In this document: in pieces, positions 1-11,979 of the stretch
Numbering within the stretch: position 1 is the first letter of the stretch
Layout: the number at the start of each line of letters is the position of its first letter
Assembly (NCBI RefSeq): GCF_006345805.1
Contig: NC_043006.1
Span: 42,098,001 to 42,162,000 of the forward strand
DNA: 64,000 nt
Reading direction: 5' to 3'
Source: Octopus sinensis
Taxonomy: Eukaryota
The notes under the pieces: generated by a model
Database searches by the model: none
Told to the model about the DNA's origin: nothing
The model's input: only the letters and a program-made list of their open reading frames with translations
Program-made: the position numbers and the translations under genes

Positions 1-2000
1 AAATCGGACCTCATACAGAAATAAAAGCAAGATACATCCACGATACATGGATACAATATACAGCGTATACATATACAAGCATATGCACACACAGGCGCAC
101 ACACAAACGCACGCACACACACACACACATGCACACATGCACACATATACTTTCGCACATACCTATGCTCATATAGATATACACATAGTACACAATCAGT
201 GACAAAGCCAGAGACAAGCACTACTACGATACACACGCACACACATTCACAGATACATATGCAAACATCACTCTCACACACATATACGCACACACACATG
301 CATACATACACACACATGCCCATGCAAGCATTTGCTCACTACACACACGCTACTTGAGATTAACTTTGTGTACACTTCAGAACTGATAATCCAACGCAGC
401 AGCCTATGAAGTCACACTAAATATATTCAATTACAAATTGATTCCTTTTCTGACCTGAGATAGAAATGTAGATTTTTTACGAAATATCAGCGGCATTTAG
501 ACTTATTAGTAGTTATAACTGTCGCTTATCTGATCGTAATTTCATTACCACCGTCGAAGGGAATTACAATTTAGTATTTCATAGTAAAGTCTAGATTCTT
601 TGTTTTTTGTACTATTTATTCAATGAAGTATTTCCGTTTTGTAATAGATTGAAGTAAATAACTTTACAGTTAGATATTTCGTAATCTATTCATTTCCATT
701 GTTCATCTGTTTAGTAACCATAACAGTTAATGTGTAGAAAATCAATATAATGAGAAAGACTCTAAGTGGTTTTACGAGTTAAAATTAACCGCCAAAATCT
801 CTCTGAAACTACCCTCTATTTTATTAAAAAATTGGTGAGATAAATAATATAGTCTTCTTAAATGCATTATGTTTGAAATGAATAAACAGGATGGTTTCAG
901 CTGAAAAACTTTATATCATCGGTCTATTCCAGGTATGAGTAACTTTTTCAAATAAACTGCATTACTAAAATGTAAAAAGAAAAAATGGCGATGCATACAT
1001 ACTCTGCGCGCAGATAAGTTTTTTCGCGAAAGCTTTAAAATACGAGTTGGAAAAGAAATCTGAATGTTATCTTAGGATGTTTGGAATTAGAATTAAAAGA
1101 AAATAACATAAAATGTTTCTCTGTAGAATCATGCGCGTTCAAATAAATATTTTCTATTTCAATAGTTTTACAGTGAAATGTTAAAATACGAGTTGACAAA
1201 GAAAACCAAAGGTTGTTTTTGGAAAGTTCAACAAACAATTTGCATATGAGTAAGATTTGTATATGACTAAATGAATAATTATTCAAATAATAATATTGAT
1301 TATGAAAAAGGTGAACAAAATGAAATACTTAATGAAAATATTGCATAGAATTTGAGAAGTGTTTTGAACGTGTTTTTTTAATGATGGCAGATGATCAAAC
1401 GTACTGTAGTTCGTTGTAGGATATAAATAATATGACTACTTGCTTATGGGGAAATTTGTAAGTTCGATTTTTTTTTTAATATTACCATTATAGGTATTTA
1501 GACTCCGGTGAAATTAAGAAATCAACACGTAAATAAACGAAACCTTCGAATCTATCACTACACGCACACACACACACACACACACACAGAGTCGCATATC
1601 TATGTATGCATTTATGTATGTTTGAAGATAATCAAAGCAAACTTTCATCATTTCTAGCCACTCATCCAATGAGTATTTCTGTCAAATATGGTGAAAATCC
1701 GTTCAGTCGTTTTCCAGTCATTTTGCAAACACACAGACAAACAAAGACGAGTGCTTACAATACCATGCTTTCGCTTACGCGCACGGGCTAAATAGTTCAG
1801 AAGTAATTTTTCGTTCGGCGTGCGATTCAGGAAGTCCCAAGGGTCGCAGTATGCCCGTGACTGGTTTATTAGATTAGATCTAACATAAAACTAAACAAAA
1901 GCAGCAATATCTAAATGTACAACCATTGGAGTACCTGTAGCAACATGATTTATCCAATGTAGAAACAATGGATAAATATCTTTAATGTTTAGTCATATGA

Positions 2001-2215
2001 AGGCAGTAAACTGGTGGAATCGTTAGCATAAAGGGAAACATGCTTCGCAGCATTTTGTTCGTCTTTACGCTCTGAGTTCAAATACTGCGAAAGTCGACTT
2101 TGCTTTTCATCCTTTCCAGGTCGATTAAATAAATACCAGTTGAACACTGGGGTCGATTTAATCGAATTTGCACCTCCCCAAAATTGCAGGTCTTGTGCCA
2201 AAATTTGAAATCAGT
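2001..2215 (+). mobile_element. tRNA-derived SINE, Nin/Deu-domain-like family (family N)
   Basis: A-box-like head, B-box gagttcaaat, core gtcgactttgc.tttcatccttt...gtaccag. Confidence 0.8.
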
Positions 2216-3299
2216 ATTTAGTCATATCCCTTTATCCTGTGTTAAATTGACGTAGCCTAATGGTTAGGGCGCTACACTCATGACAGCAAGATTGTGGTTT
2301 CGATTCCTGGACTGTGCGATGTGCTGTGTTCTTGAGCAAAACACTTCCTTTCACAGTGTCCCATTTCACTCAATTTAAAAAGAGTAACCCTTCGACTGAC
2401 TGCGAGAATGTTGTGATCTGAGTCACTTACGCGCCTCGAAAATCGGGTAATCTGCTTTTTAAGTCCTAGGACTCGAAGCATTAATGTCCAGTGGTTACTG
2501 GACATTATTTATTCTATGAGTTTCAGTTTCACCAGAATTGGTTTTACGATTCCTCCCATGTTTTTAGATCATAGAATAAAAATTAGTTTTTGTAGACCAA
2601 TCGACCGATTCAAGGTTCTATGTTCTTTGACTGGTTTCAGTCGCTGGACCTGGTACCCTATGCTAGGGTACCAGGTTTAAGAGATTTTTACCCATTCATA
2701 TCGGCCCTAGTTCTTTGTCTGGTACTAATTTCATCAACCTAGTATGGCATGGCATACAAAGTGGGCCCTGGCACAAAGGAAGATATTTTTCTACGGAAAA
2801 ATATAAATTGTTTGTTCAACCTACGTTGATATCAACACACACACATACACACACACACACACTCCATAATTCAAAATCGCCGAATATACAGAGAATAAAT
2901 TTGTTATCTGTTCGGTGGCTTAAATAAGCTGCATAGACAGGGGCCTGGTTGCTGGAAACTTAAAGCTTCTTTCCCGGAATAACATGTTTACAGAGACCGT
3001 ATTGGAGAACTACTAAAGAGGAAGTTGATAGGAGCAATTGACAACTTCCGGTAGTAGTTTGTCCTGAAATAGCTATTAGATTAGAATCGATAAGGTTTTG
3101 TAAGGAAATAGTGATCAAGAATTCGAGAATAAAGTAAAGTTAGTAACCTAAAAGACACGCTTAGGAAAGGCATTGCAACTGACATGTTGGCCACGAGATT
3201 GGCCCTTGACTAATTTTTCAAAGCTAAGCACGAGGGTATGTACGCTGAAAAATACAGAAGTGAAAGCCTTTGGACTGGCTGGGTGGTAGAGGCACAGAG

Positions 3300-3860
3300 T
3301 GGCACCGATCCACAATTCGATCTTTGACGCTATTCGATTTCGAACAGATGTGTGCGGCTTTTTAGCGGCTCTTCGTACATTTTTGGTGAGTTGAATGTGA
3401 ATTTTAGTGTTTACTTCGACGGCAGTTAAGTTTATTCATACCTATGACAGCTGGCGAAATGCATGAAGCGATGGGGCTTATTGGTCTGCCTTGTGACTTT
3501 TAATTTCATATGCTACATATTTTCCGGGGGCCCTTGACAGATGTCTACTGCGCCTAACAGACGAACGGGAAAATTCCTACACCTGCGAAAAGTAATGAGT
3601 GTTTCTGTTGAGGAAAGACCTGTAAAGAGGATAATTTGTAACAAATTCAGGCCCCTAACTCCGTTAAATGCTGAGATGAAGACTTTTTGCTAAGGTGCTA
3701 GCAGAGAGATTGGCGCTTGTTGCTGATACTCTGGCTAAAGGGGCACAGACATCCCTATCTACGACAACCTCCACCTTCTCACGCGAAGTTTGTGATACTA
3801 TTTCAAATCCTATCGAGGACAACTTTACCGGGTTTTTTTTTCCAGGGGCGAATGCATAAT
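3300..3860 (+). mobile_element. Decayed Tx1/L1-clade non-LTR retrotransposon RT fragment
   Basis: Frameshifted reading ...GLPCDF...FRPLTPLNAEMKTF(AK)VLAERLALVADTLAKGAQT..(I)YDNLHLL resembles the Tx1/L1 RT segment RPISLLNxDYKILAKVLAxRL...Q...SIxDNLHL. Many stops. Confidence 0.75.
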
Positions 3861-4970
3861 GACCAATTATATCCCAGAAATCGATTACAACTTTGTCAGA
3901 AATATTTAGCCGTGTGCTAAAGTTTTGGATGATTAATTTGTATTTGCTGGTAGCGAACATGGTAAAGTAAAAGACAAGTTTAACATGAATCGATAGCACA
4001 ACACAGTATCGATTCTAGTCTGATGCAAATTCCATTCGGATACTCACATAGTATACACACATAATGACATCCCTCACCACTTTTATCGTCCCATCAATTA
4101 CGCTGTGCTTCTCTTTGTGCATTCTCTTGTAAAGTCTTTACTTAATCTTTCACGCCTAGAACTTCTCAATTCTCGACCAAGCAAACCCGCTTTGTTTTAC
4201 AACCAACTATTAACCTACAATGCAGATTAAACATTAATTACACAAAGCCGTCGACTCGACGTAGAGTAGCTCATTATACTTTATATTTGACATACTTCGT
4301 CGTAGTGAAATCATCAAACACTGAATGACTATTTTTCAATTTCGCTGAGTAGTCAATTATCTCAACTAAATAAAAGGCAATAGCCGGATCTATTGTCAGC
4401 GAAGACGTAAAGAACCCGACAGGATATTAATTGGCCTCAACTAGAATCAAAATGGAGTTTCTTTATCATATGAAGAGGTAAATGTCTGCATGGCGTCAAC
4501 GTTAAAATCGAATTATATTCAATTATGAATCAATAAGAAACTAATGGGCTGATTCTTTATGAAAGTAAAATCTTTCCTTCATGTGCACTTTCGAAAAAGG
4601 TCGAAGTGGAATCTGTCTTTCATCATAGTCCTCTGAAAGTTACAGAATTCTGCTGGTTTTTATATACATATATACATCAGTAAAGCGCATGTGAATGATA
4701 ATGTCATAGGAAGTAATTTCGGAGCAGCAAATTTGGTGAGAAAGTTATTTCATAGATAAAGCTCTGAGTGTGTGTGTGTAACTGAGAAGGCAAAAGGAAT
4801 CCGGAATTTCAGAGGAATGCTACCTATATGTATATGTAATCATTCATAACTACACACACGCACGCACACACACACACACACACACACCACACACACACGT
4901 GTACATGCATGCATACATACATACATACATACATACATACATACATACATACATACATACATACATACAT

Positions 4971-5606
4971 AAAGCTGAAGCTCAGTGTAAAAGAGAGCAC
5001 CTATGCCGAACTATTGAGAAATCTACAGTTACTCTTCCCAGACGACAAGTTCAGGTTTATACCTGTAATTATTGGAGCCTGGGATATATAACACATTGCC
5101 TAAATACCAATCTTGAGAAATTAGGCTTCACAAAGCCAGGAAGAAGAAAGCTAATTCGAAGACTACAGATTCAATCCATCATTGGAACTGTAGTTTATCA
5201 TTTAAATATATATGAAGTTTATCATTTAAATAGATATGAGCATGTCTAGATATGCAACTATATACATGAGAATACATACATACAACATACAAATCCGCAT
5301 ACACATACATATATAAAACATATATACATACATACGTACAAAACACTCTGTTGTTGATGTTGAAATTCCAATGTAGGGGCCTTGGATCTAGGTAAGAAAC
5401 TGGTTCTTTCTCGTTTGGCAAGAAATCTGACGTAAACTGAATAATGATATACATACATACATTAATACATACATACATACATACATACATACATACAAAA
5501 CACTCTGTTGTTGATGTTGAAATTCCAATGTAGGGGCCTTGGATCTAGGTAAGAAACTGGTTCTTTCTCGTTTGGCAAGAAATCTTGACGTAAACTGAAT
5601 AATGAT
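4971..5606 (+). mobile_element. 5'-truncated R4/Dong-type (RLE) non-LTR retrotransposon 3' end with duplicated 3' UTR
   Basis: KESTYAELLRNLQLLFPDDKFRFIPVIIGA(L)GYITHCLNTNLEKLGF...LIRRLQIQSIIGTV (one 1-nt frameshift) matches the RLE C-terminus KYxxL...IPxVIGALG...LQ...GT. Flanked by (ACAT)n on both sides. Confidence 0.75.
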
Positions 5607-6228
5607 ATACATACATACATTAATACATACATACATACATACATACATACATACATACATACATACATACAGTAGCATATAGAGAAATACAGGTATGTAA
5701 AATACGATACAACATAACTTCTTGAGTTACTAAAATGACCTCCTATTGTTCATAACTATCAACTAGCAATTTTAAAAGAAGCTTTAAATGAAAAGAGCGA
5801 TAATCTCAAGAACCAAGGATTATCCATAGCTGACATGCCATTGCAGAAAAGCACAGGGATTTTTAGTCTAGAGAAAAGACGACAGTCATGGACATGTGTT
5901 TAAGCCTCAGTAAGCGCCATAAGCAAGATGACGGAGCTCCAACACCTAGGAGAGGCTTAGGTAATTGTTCTCCAGCGGCTAGGTGAGTTAGACATATATA
6001 AGAAGTACAGAACACGTTTATGGTCTAGGTATTTTGCTAAGTGTAAACAAAAATATGCCAAGGGAAATAACTCGGGATGATATTATCATCAGGCAACCAC
6101 AGCTATATCAAATACTATACAATATAACTCGTTAATTAAAATTATCTCTACGGTATTGTACTCTGCAGTTTCAATAGACCCATATACTTTTCAACTAGTG
6201 TTTAGCGCTGCTCTTTCATTCGTTTATC

Positions 6229-6387
6229 ACAGTTCAGCGATGACTTTACTGGCCGATACTTCGAAGTCACTGTCAATGATATTCTTGTTTAAGAAGGCTA
6301 AATTTGAACTCTAGAAATGTATAGAATAACCCCGGCAGGCTGATGTAAAATTATTTTTATTATGACTAAGTATAAACAGAAATAATT
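6229..6387 (+). repeat. PLE-type terminal repeat family A with a decayed hammerhead motif
   Basis: Homologous to 7374-7499 (inverted) and 41421-41500; contains acagt...ggcc gata cttcgaag tc actgt. Confidence 0.6.
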
Positions 6388-6728
6388 CCTTGTGTTGTAT
6401 GTCTTGTACTCTGCTTTTTCGTTGTTTGAAAAAAAGTCCGTTTCCATGTTTTTGTTTTTATGTTTTCGTCTCTCATTGTGTTCAACGTTTTTTTTTATAT
6501 CCTGTACCCATATATGCATGTATATATGCATATAGATGTAGGTATGTACATATATGTATATGTGCATATGTTTATATTTTGTTATTATATGATCGAACGC
6601 CGCGCATCCTCTTCCAAGTAACTTTTATCTTAATAATTATGATGCGCACTCTTAACTTTACTTTTTCTCTTCTGTCTGTCTCTCTCCCTCTCTTGTTCTT
6701 CATCCTTTCTGGTTTTCTCTCCCATTTC

Positions 6729-7247
6729 ATGCCATTTTGTTTAGGATAGGTATAATTACCAACACAGGAACATATATCATACATCAAAATGAAACTGCTT
6801 CTTTGTGGATTGCATCCCTACTTCTCAACATAGTCACCGTTTCTCTCAGTAGCAATGTTCCACCTTCGACTGAGAGCTTGTATTCCCGCCCCGTAAAATT
6901 CTCTTGACTGTTGTTTGAGCCCCTCCTTCACTACAGTTTTCACTTCCTCCTCACTGGAATAATTTTTGCTTCTCAAGCCCTCTTTCGTGGCACCGAAGAG
7001 ATGATAGTTTGAAGGCACTAAATCTGGTTAGTGTGGCTCAAAGAACAGTCAACAGAATTTTACGGGATAGGGATACATGCTCTCATTCGAAGGTGGAACA
7101 TTGCTATTGAGAGAAACGGTGACTATGTTGAGAAGTAGGGATGTGATCCACAGAGGACCAGCTTTATTTTGATGTATGATACATGTTCCTGCGTTGATAA
7201 TTATACCTATCCTAAACAAAATAGCATTACTTTTTGACTCTCCCTAG
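6729..7247. mobile_element. Mariner-derived fold-back: two transposase 3' ends in inverted orientation
   Basis: Minus-strand ORF 6818-7018 YHLFG..KEGLR...RRWNIATERNGDYVEK and plus-strand 7050-7140 EFYGIGIHALIRRWNIAIERNGDYVEK*. Arms about 6729-6906 and 7050-7226 are reverse complements. The right end finishes in an ITR plus TA. Confidence 0.88.
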
Positions 7248-7278
7248 TATAAATATATACACACACTCACACACACAC

Positions 7279-7324
<46 letters not shown>

Positions 7325-7373
7325 GCGTGTGTGTGTGTGTAAAATTATTGTATATGGTTATATATACATTGAT

Positions 7374-7499
7374 AATTATTTCTGTTTGTACTTATTCATA
7401 AGAAAATCAATTTTACATCAATCTGAGGGGTTATTCTATACATTTCTAGAGTTCAAATTCAGCATTCTTAAACAGGAATATTACTGACAGTGACTTTGA
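7374..7499 (-). repeat. PLE-type terminal repeat family A, second copy
   Basis: Reverse complement of 6261-6387 with scattered mismatches. Confidence 0.7.
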
Positions 7500-7789
7500 A
7501 AAAGATGAAATAAATGAAACCAGTTATAGAATAATAGAATCTTCTATCACTTATGTCAGTGCTGTATGAATTGGCGAATGTTTCAGTTACATATTCTGGT
7601 GCCAAACTGCAAACTTTATTCAAATATCAGCTCTAAAAGTTACTGGCACTGCCGGACGGTTTTCATAAGGGCACAATACATTAATACATAGTTTTCTATA
7701 GAAATAAAAGATCTAAATACCTTATGACACTGAAAGAACACGATATTTGTATACATATGCATACACGCACATATTAAATATATATAAAG

Positions 7790-7807
7790 CTATATATACA
7801 TATATAC

Positions 7808-7888
<81 letters not shown>

Positions 7889-7945
7889 CATACATATATA
7901 TATATGTATATATATATATAGAGAGAGAGAGAGAGAAAGAGAGAA

Positions 7946-8014
<69 letters not shown>

Positions 8015-8174
8015 ATCTGTATTATGTACATATATGAGCATGTATATATGCATATATACATATATATGTATGTATGCACGTATGTATATATGTATGCATG
8101 TGTGAATTCGTATACATAAAGTTATGTCTGTTCTGTATCTCTCTGTCTATACCCTATCCATAAATATGTGTATG

Positions 8175-8209
<35 letters not shown>

Positions 8210-8290
8210 GCATATATAAATATATGTACATATGTATATCATGTATACATATATATTGTACATATATATATTTATATATATATAGAACTA
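7790..8290. repeat. (TA)n/(GA)n/(TG)n compound microsatellite
   Basis: Direct reading. Confidence 0.97.
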
Positions 8291-8486
8291 TTTGTATGTA
8301 TTATGAATAGATAGGTGTTGTGTGCGTGCGTGAGTGTGTACACTCACCTTGCTATTTTCAAAATATGTATTCTGAATACAGTTCATTTCAAAATATTCAA
8401 ATATGTATTATGTATATTCATAGAAAAATACTATAATATATTCATACTCATGTTATTTGTGTTTATTCAATATCTTAAACCTACAT

Positions 8487-8673
8487 GGCGGCGAGTTGGC
8501 AGAAACGTTAGCATGCTGGAAAATGTCTTCACGTTTTGAGTTCAAGTATCGACTTAGCGTTTCATTCTTTCGGGGTCGATAAATTAAGTACCAGTTGCGT
8601 ACTAGGGTCGACCTAATCGACTGGCCCCCTCCACAAAAATATCGGGCCTTGTGCCTAGAGTATAAAGGAATAT
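8487..8673 (+). mobile_element. SINE family N
   Basis: ggcggcgagttggcagaaacgttagc head, Nin-like core, tail ggccttgtgcctagag. Confidence 0.8.
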
Positions 8674-9456
8674 CTTATAAGCATTATTTGAGTTCATATT
8701 CTTTTATATCACTTTCTTACAATGTTTGTGTTATTTTTTTAATACATTAATCGTATTTGAACCGTATTTCAAGGAGCTAAATCGACAAAGTGACCAGAGT
8801 ATAGCTAGTTCGAATCTTGACACCCGTATTCGATGAGACTGTAGCTGAAACATTTAAATAGTATTATCTTAGCCGTTTAGCCTCAAGTTAGTTATTATCA
8901 ACTATAACTACGTTGCCTCACGTTACTATTATAAACCAGGTCTACGATGAAATCATTCCATCTACGGATATTTTATTCTATTTCCGTACAATATCCAGTA
9001 TATACTTTCTCATTTTAAGCGTAGTTTCGCTTCGGCAGTACTTGATTACTATTTCAAGCAGCTCAAGCGTCTACGTGATGGGTGGGGGATCTCTCGTATG
9101 CTCGGTGTTAAGTGATATTCCTTTGTAGGTTCTGATCAAACCTGATCGTGGAGACATGTGATCGAATTCCCTGTAGCCGCAACCATCTCAGCTTCATATG
9201 TATATCTAGGCGTTACTGCCGTTTCGAGACGGTGGCGTGTAATTCGAGAAGATTTAGCTAGTATTTCTAGTAGGTTAATTAGCCACAAAGAAACTTTCCC
9301 ATTCGTTCGACACTCACTCAAGTCACCTAACATTTAGTTGGTAATATGGATAGATGGGGTATTTTGTCGTTGTAGGGAGCTGTAACAGAGAAACGGAAGT
9401 TTTTTGTAGTCTAGTTGCAGTACTGAGTGCAGCTCCTCTTATGAATCTAAGTAGAT

Positions 9457-9861
9457 TACTCTTTTACTTGTTTCAGTCATTTGACTGCGGCCATGCTGGA
9501 TCACTGCATTTAGACGAGCAAATCGACCCCAGGAATTATTCTTTGTAAGCCTAGTACTTATTCTATCAGTCTCTTTTGTCGAACCACTAAGTTACGGGGA
9601 CGTAAACGCACCAGCATCGGTTGTCAAGCGATGTTGGGGGTACAAACAGACACAGAAACATATACACAGGCATACATATATATATATATACATATACACG
9701 ACAGGCTTCTTTCAGTTTCCGTCTACGAAGTCCACTCACAAGGCTCTGGTCGGCCCGAGGCTATAGAAGAAGACACTTGCCCAAGGCGCCACGCATTAGG
9801 ACTGAACCCGGAACCAGGTGGTTGGTAAGCAAGTTACTTACCACACAGCCACTCCTGCACC
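9457..9861 (-). mobile_element. tRNA-derived SINE with CR1-like tail (family C)
   Basis: Reverse complement of ggcgcaggagtggctgtgtggtaag...cagcatggccgcagtcaaatgactgaaacaagtaaaagag. Confidence 0.88.
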
Positions 9862-10220
9862 TATAGTTTAAATTAGGTTTTTCTCAGTGAATAACCCTCG
9901 TTACAATAAACAACGTTGGAAATAGCTGACAAAGACTCATTTGATTATGCTACTCATTGGGACACAAAATTCAGAATAAAGAAATCATTTGGTCGATAAT
10001 GCTTTATCCGAAAAGAATTGCCACATATTTAGTTTTACTCTCTTTTGTCATTGGATCGCGGTTATGCTGAAGCACTATCATGAAGAATTTACTCCAGCAA
10101 ATCGACACCAGTACTTATATTTTCTCGAACATAGGCGCAGGAGCGGCTGTGTGGTAAGAAGCTTGCTTCCCAACAACATGGTTGCCTTTCATTCTTTCGG
10201 GGCCGATAAATTAAGTACCA

Positions 10221-10645
10221 GCTAGTTCGCCGGGCGAAATGTTTAGCAGTATTTTGCCAGTCGCTATATTCTGAGTTCAAATTCCACCGAGGTTGACTTT
10301 ACCTTTCATCCTTTTAGAGTCAATATAATAGGTACCTGTTGTGTACTGCGGTCGATCTAATAGACTGGGTCCTCTCCTCCAAAGTTCAGGCCTTGCGCCC
10401 ATAATAGAAGGATTATTATAATTATTATTATTATTATTATTACTATAAGGCAGCGAGCTGGCAGAATCGTTAGCATGATGTGCCAAGTACTTGGTGGTAT
10501 TTCATCCATCGCTACGTTCTGAGATCAAATTACGCCGAGGTCTTTTTTGCCTTCCATCCTTTGAGATCCGATAAAATAAGTACCATTAAACTATCTCCTT
10601 CCCCAAAATTTCCAGCCATGTGCATGCAGTAGAAAAGGTTATTTT
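10221..10645 (+). mobile_element. Two SINE family N copies
   Basis: Cores at about 10290-10335 and 10535-10585; second head at 10448. Confidence 0.75.
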
Positions 10646-11696
10646 TTAAATGTTATTTTCAGGGAAAATCAGCAGCACTACCAGCAGCAATAGCACCAGT
10701 GGTTGTGGTGGTAGTAGTAGTAGTAGTTGGAAGTGCTGGTGGTGGTGGAGGAAGCGGTGGGAGTGGTGGTCGTAGTAGTAGTGGTGGTGCTTGTAACAGT
10801 AGGTGATTAAACAGAAAAGAAGATAAGGATTTAACATATGCTATTTTTCAATTGTATCAATGTTAATTAAATCTTAATTGAAAATAACATAATATGCGTG
10901 TTAGCCTTCTTTAATTTAGGTGTTTCAGTCTCTGAAATTCTGTTATAAACTTTCATTGATGCTCCCCCTGTCCGTTTAGGCGTGCATCTGCACCTACAAG
11001 TGGTTCCATATTGTAAATGGCCGTGTACTTCTCCGTATGCATTTGTGTGCTTGTGAGTGGTTTTTATTTGGAGTAAATGCTACATAAACATGGCTTGCTT
11101 AATTCGCCTTCGTGAAAATACAGCAAAAAGCCAGAGGGAATCACTTTTGTCATATGTAATTGGATGCACAGCACATATGTTCCTTGTAAATCATAACACA
11201 ATTGACACTTCAACCTTCAATCTTCGTATTCCATTTCTTCATTCCTCCTGGGATTTGCAATGGCCGATGGCGATGCTTCCCGCAAAAATGTACAAAAGAC
11301 TTCCTTTCGACTATATCAAGAACATTTACGCAAACATGTGTATTTATACTAATATGCACATATCTAAAACATATACATAAATATGAATACACACGCACAC
11401 ATACACACACACACACATTTGTGCGTATATGTGTTCGTGCGTAGATGTGTTAAACTTTTAAGATTAAATGCGCATATAAAATCATTCACGCAGTGATAAA
11501 TTTCAACAGATCATTACACAGTGATATTTCGAGAGGGGAACAGAAAATGTGTTTGTGTGTCTATATGTACATATTCATATATATGTATGTATATATACAT
11601 ATGTATATATACATACATATATATGTATATATATATACATATATATATATATACATATATATATATACATATATATATATACATATATATATATAC

Positions 11697-11733
<37 letters not shown>

Positions 11734-11979
11734 CCTGTCTATATACCTGTCTATATACATGTATATATATTATTATGATTGTAATTATTATTTTTCATCG
11801 TTGTCAGTGTATCCTTCGTGGGTATAAAATATTTATGCTTATTATTTTATTCGAGTTATTTTTAGTATTATTCTTACCATAATAATTACTATTATTATTT
11901 TTATTTAGATTTATATTATAATTATCTTTATTTATTTCCTTATATTGTTTATTATTATTATTGCTATTACTTCCATAGT

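Noticed and set aside
891-938. MVSAEKLYIIGLFQ followed by gtatga as exon 1
   Set aside because: Phase 0, and a short, weak hydrophobic core.
7747-8105. Long YI/IY/HT/CV/YLSI-repeat ORFs here and throughout the ORF track
   Set aside because: They are translations of (TA)n, (CA)n, (TACA)n and (GATA)n microsatellites, which lack stops in some frames.
8990-9420. Possible RT remnant in a CpG-richer stretch
   Set aside because: I could not recover any convincing motif without invoking several edits.
11017-11058. MAVYFSVCICVL followed by gtgagt as exon 1
   Set aside because: Phase 0 donor, while exon 2 needs phase 1. The phase-1 frame would create TGA at the junction.
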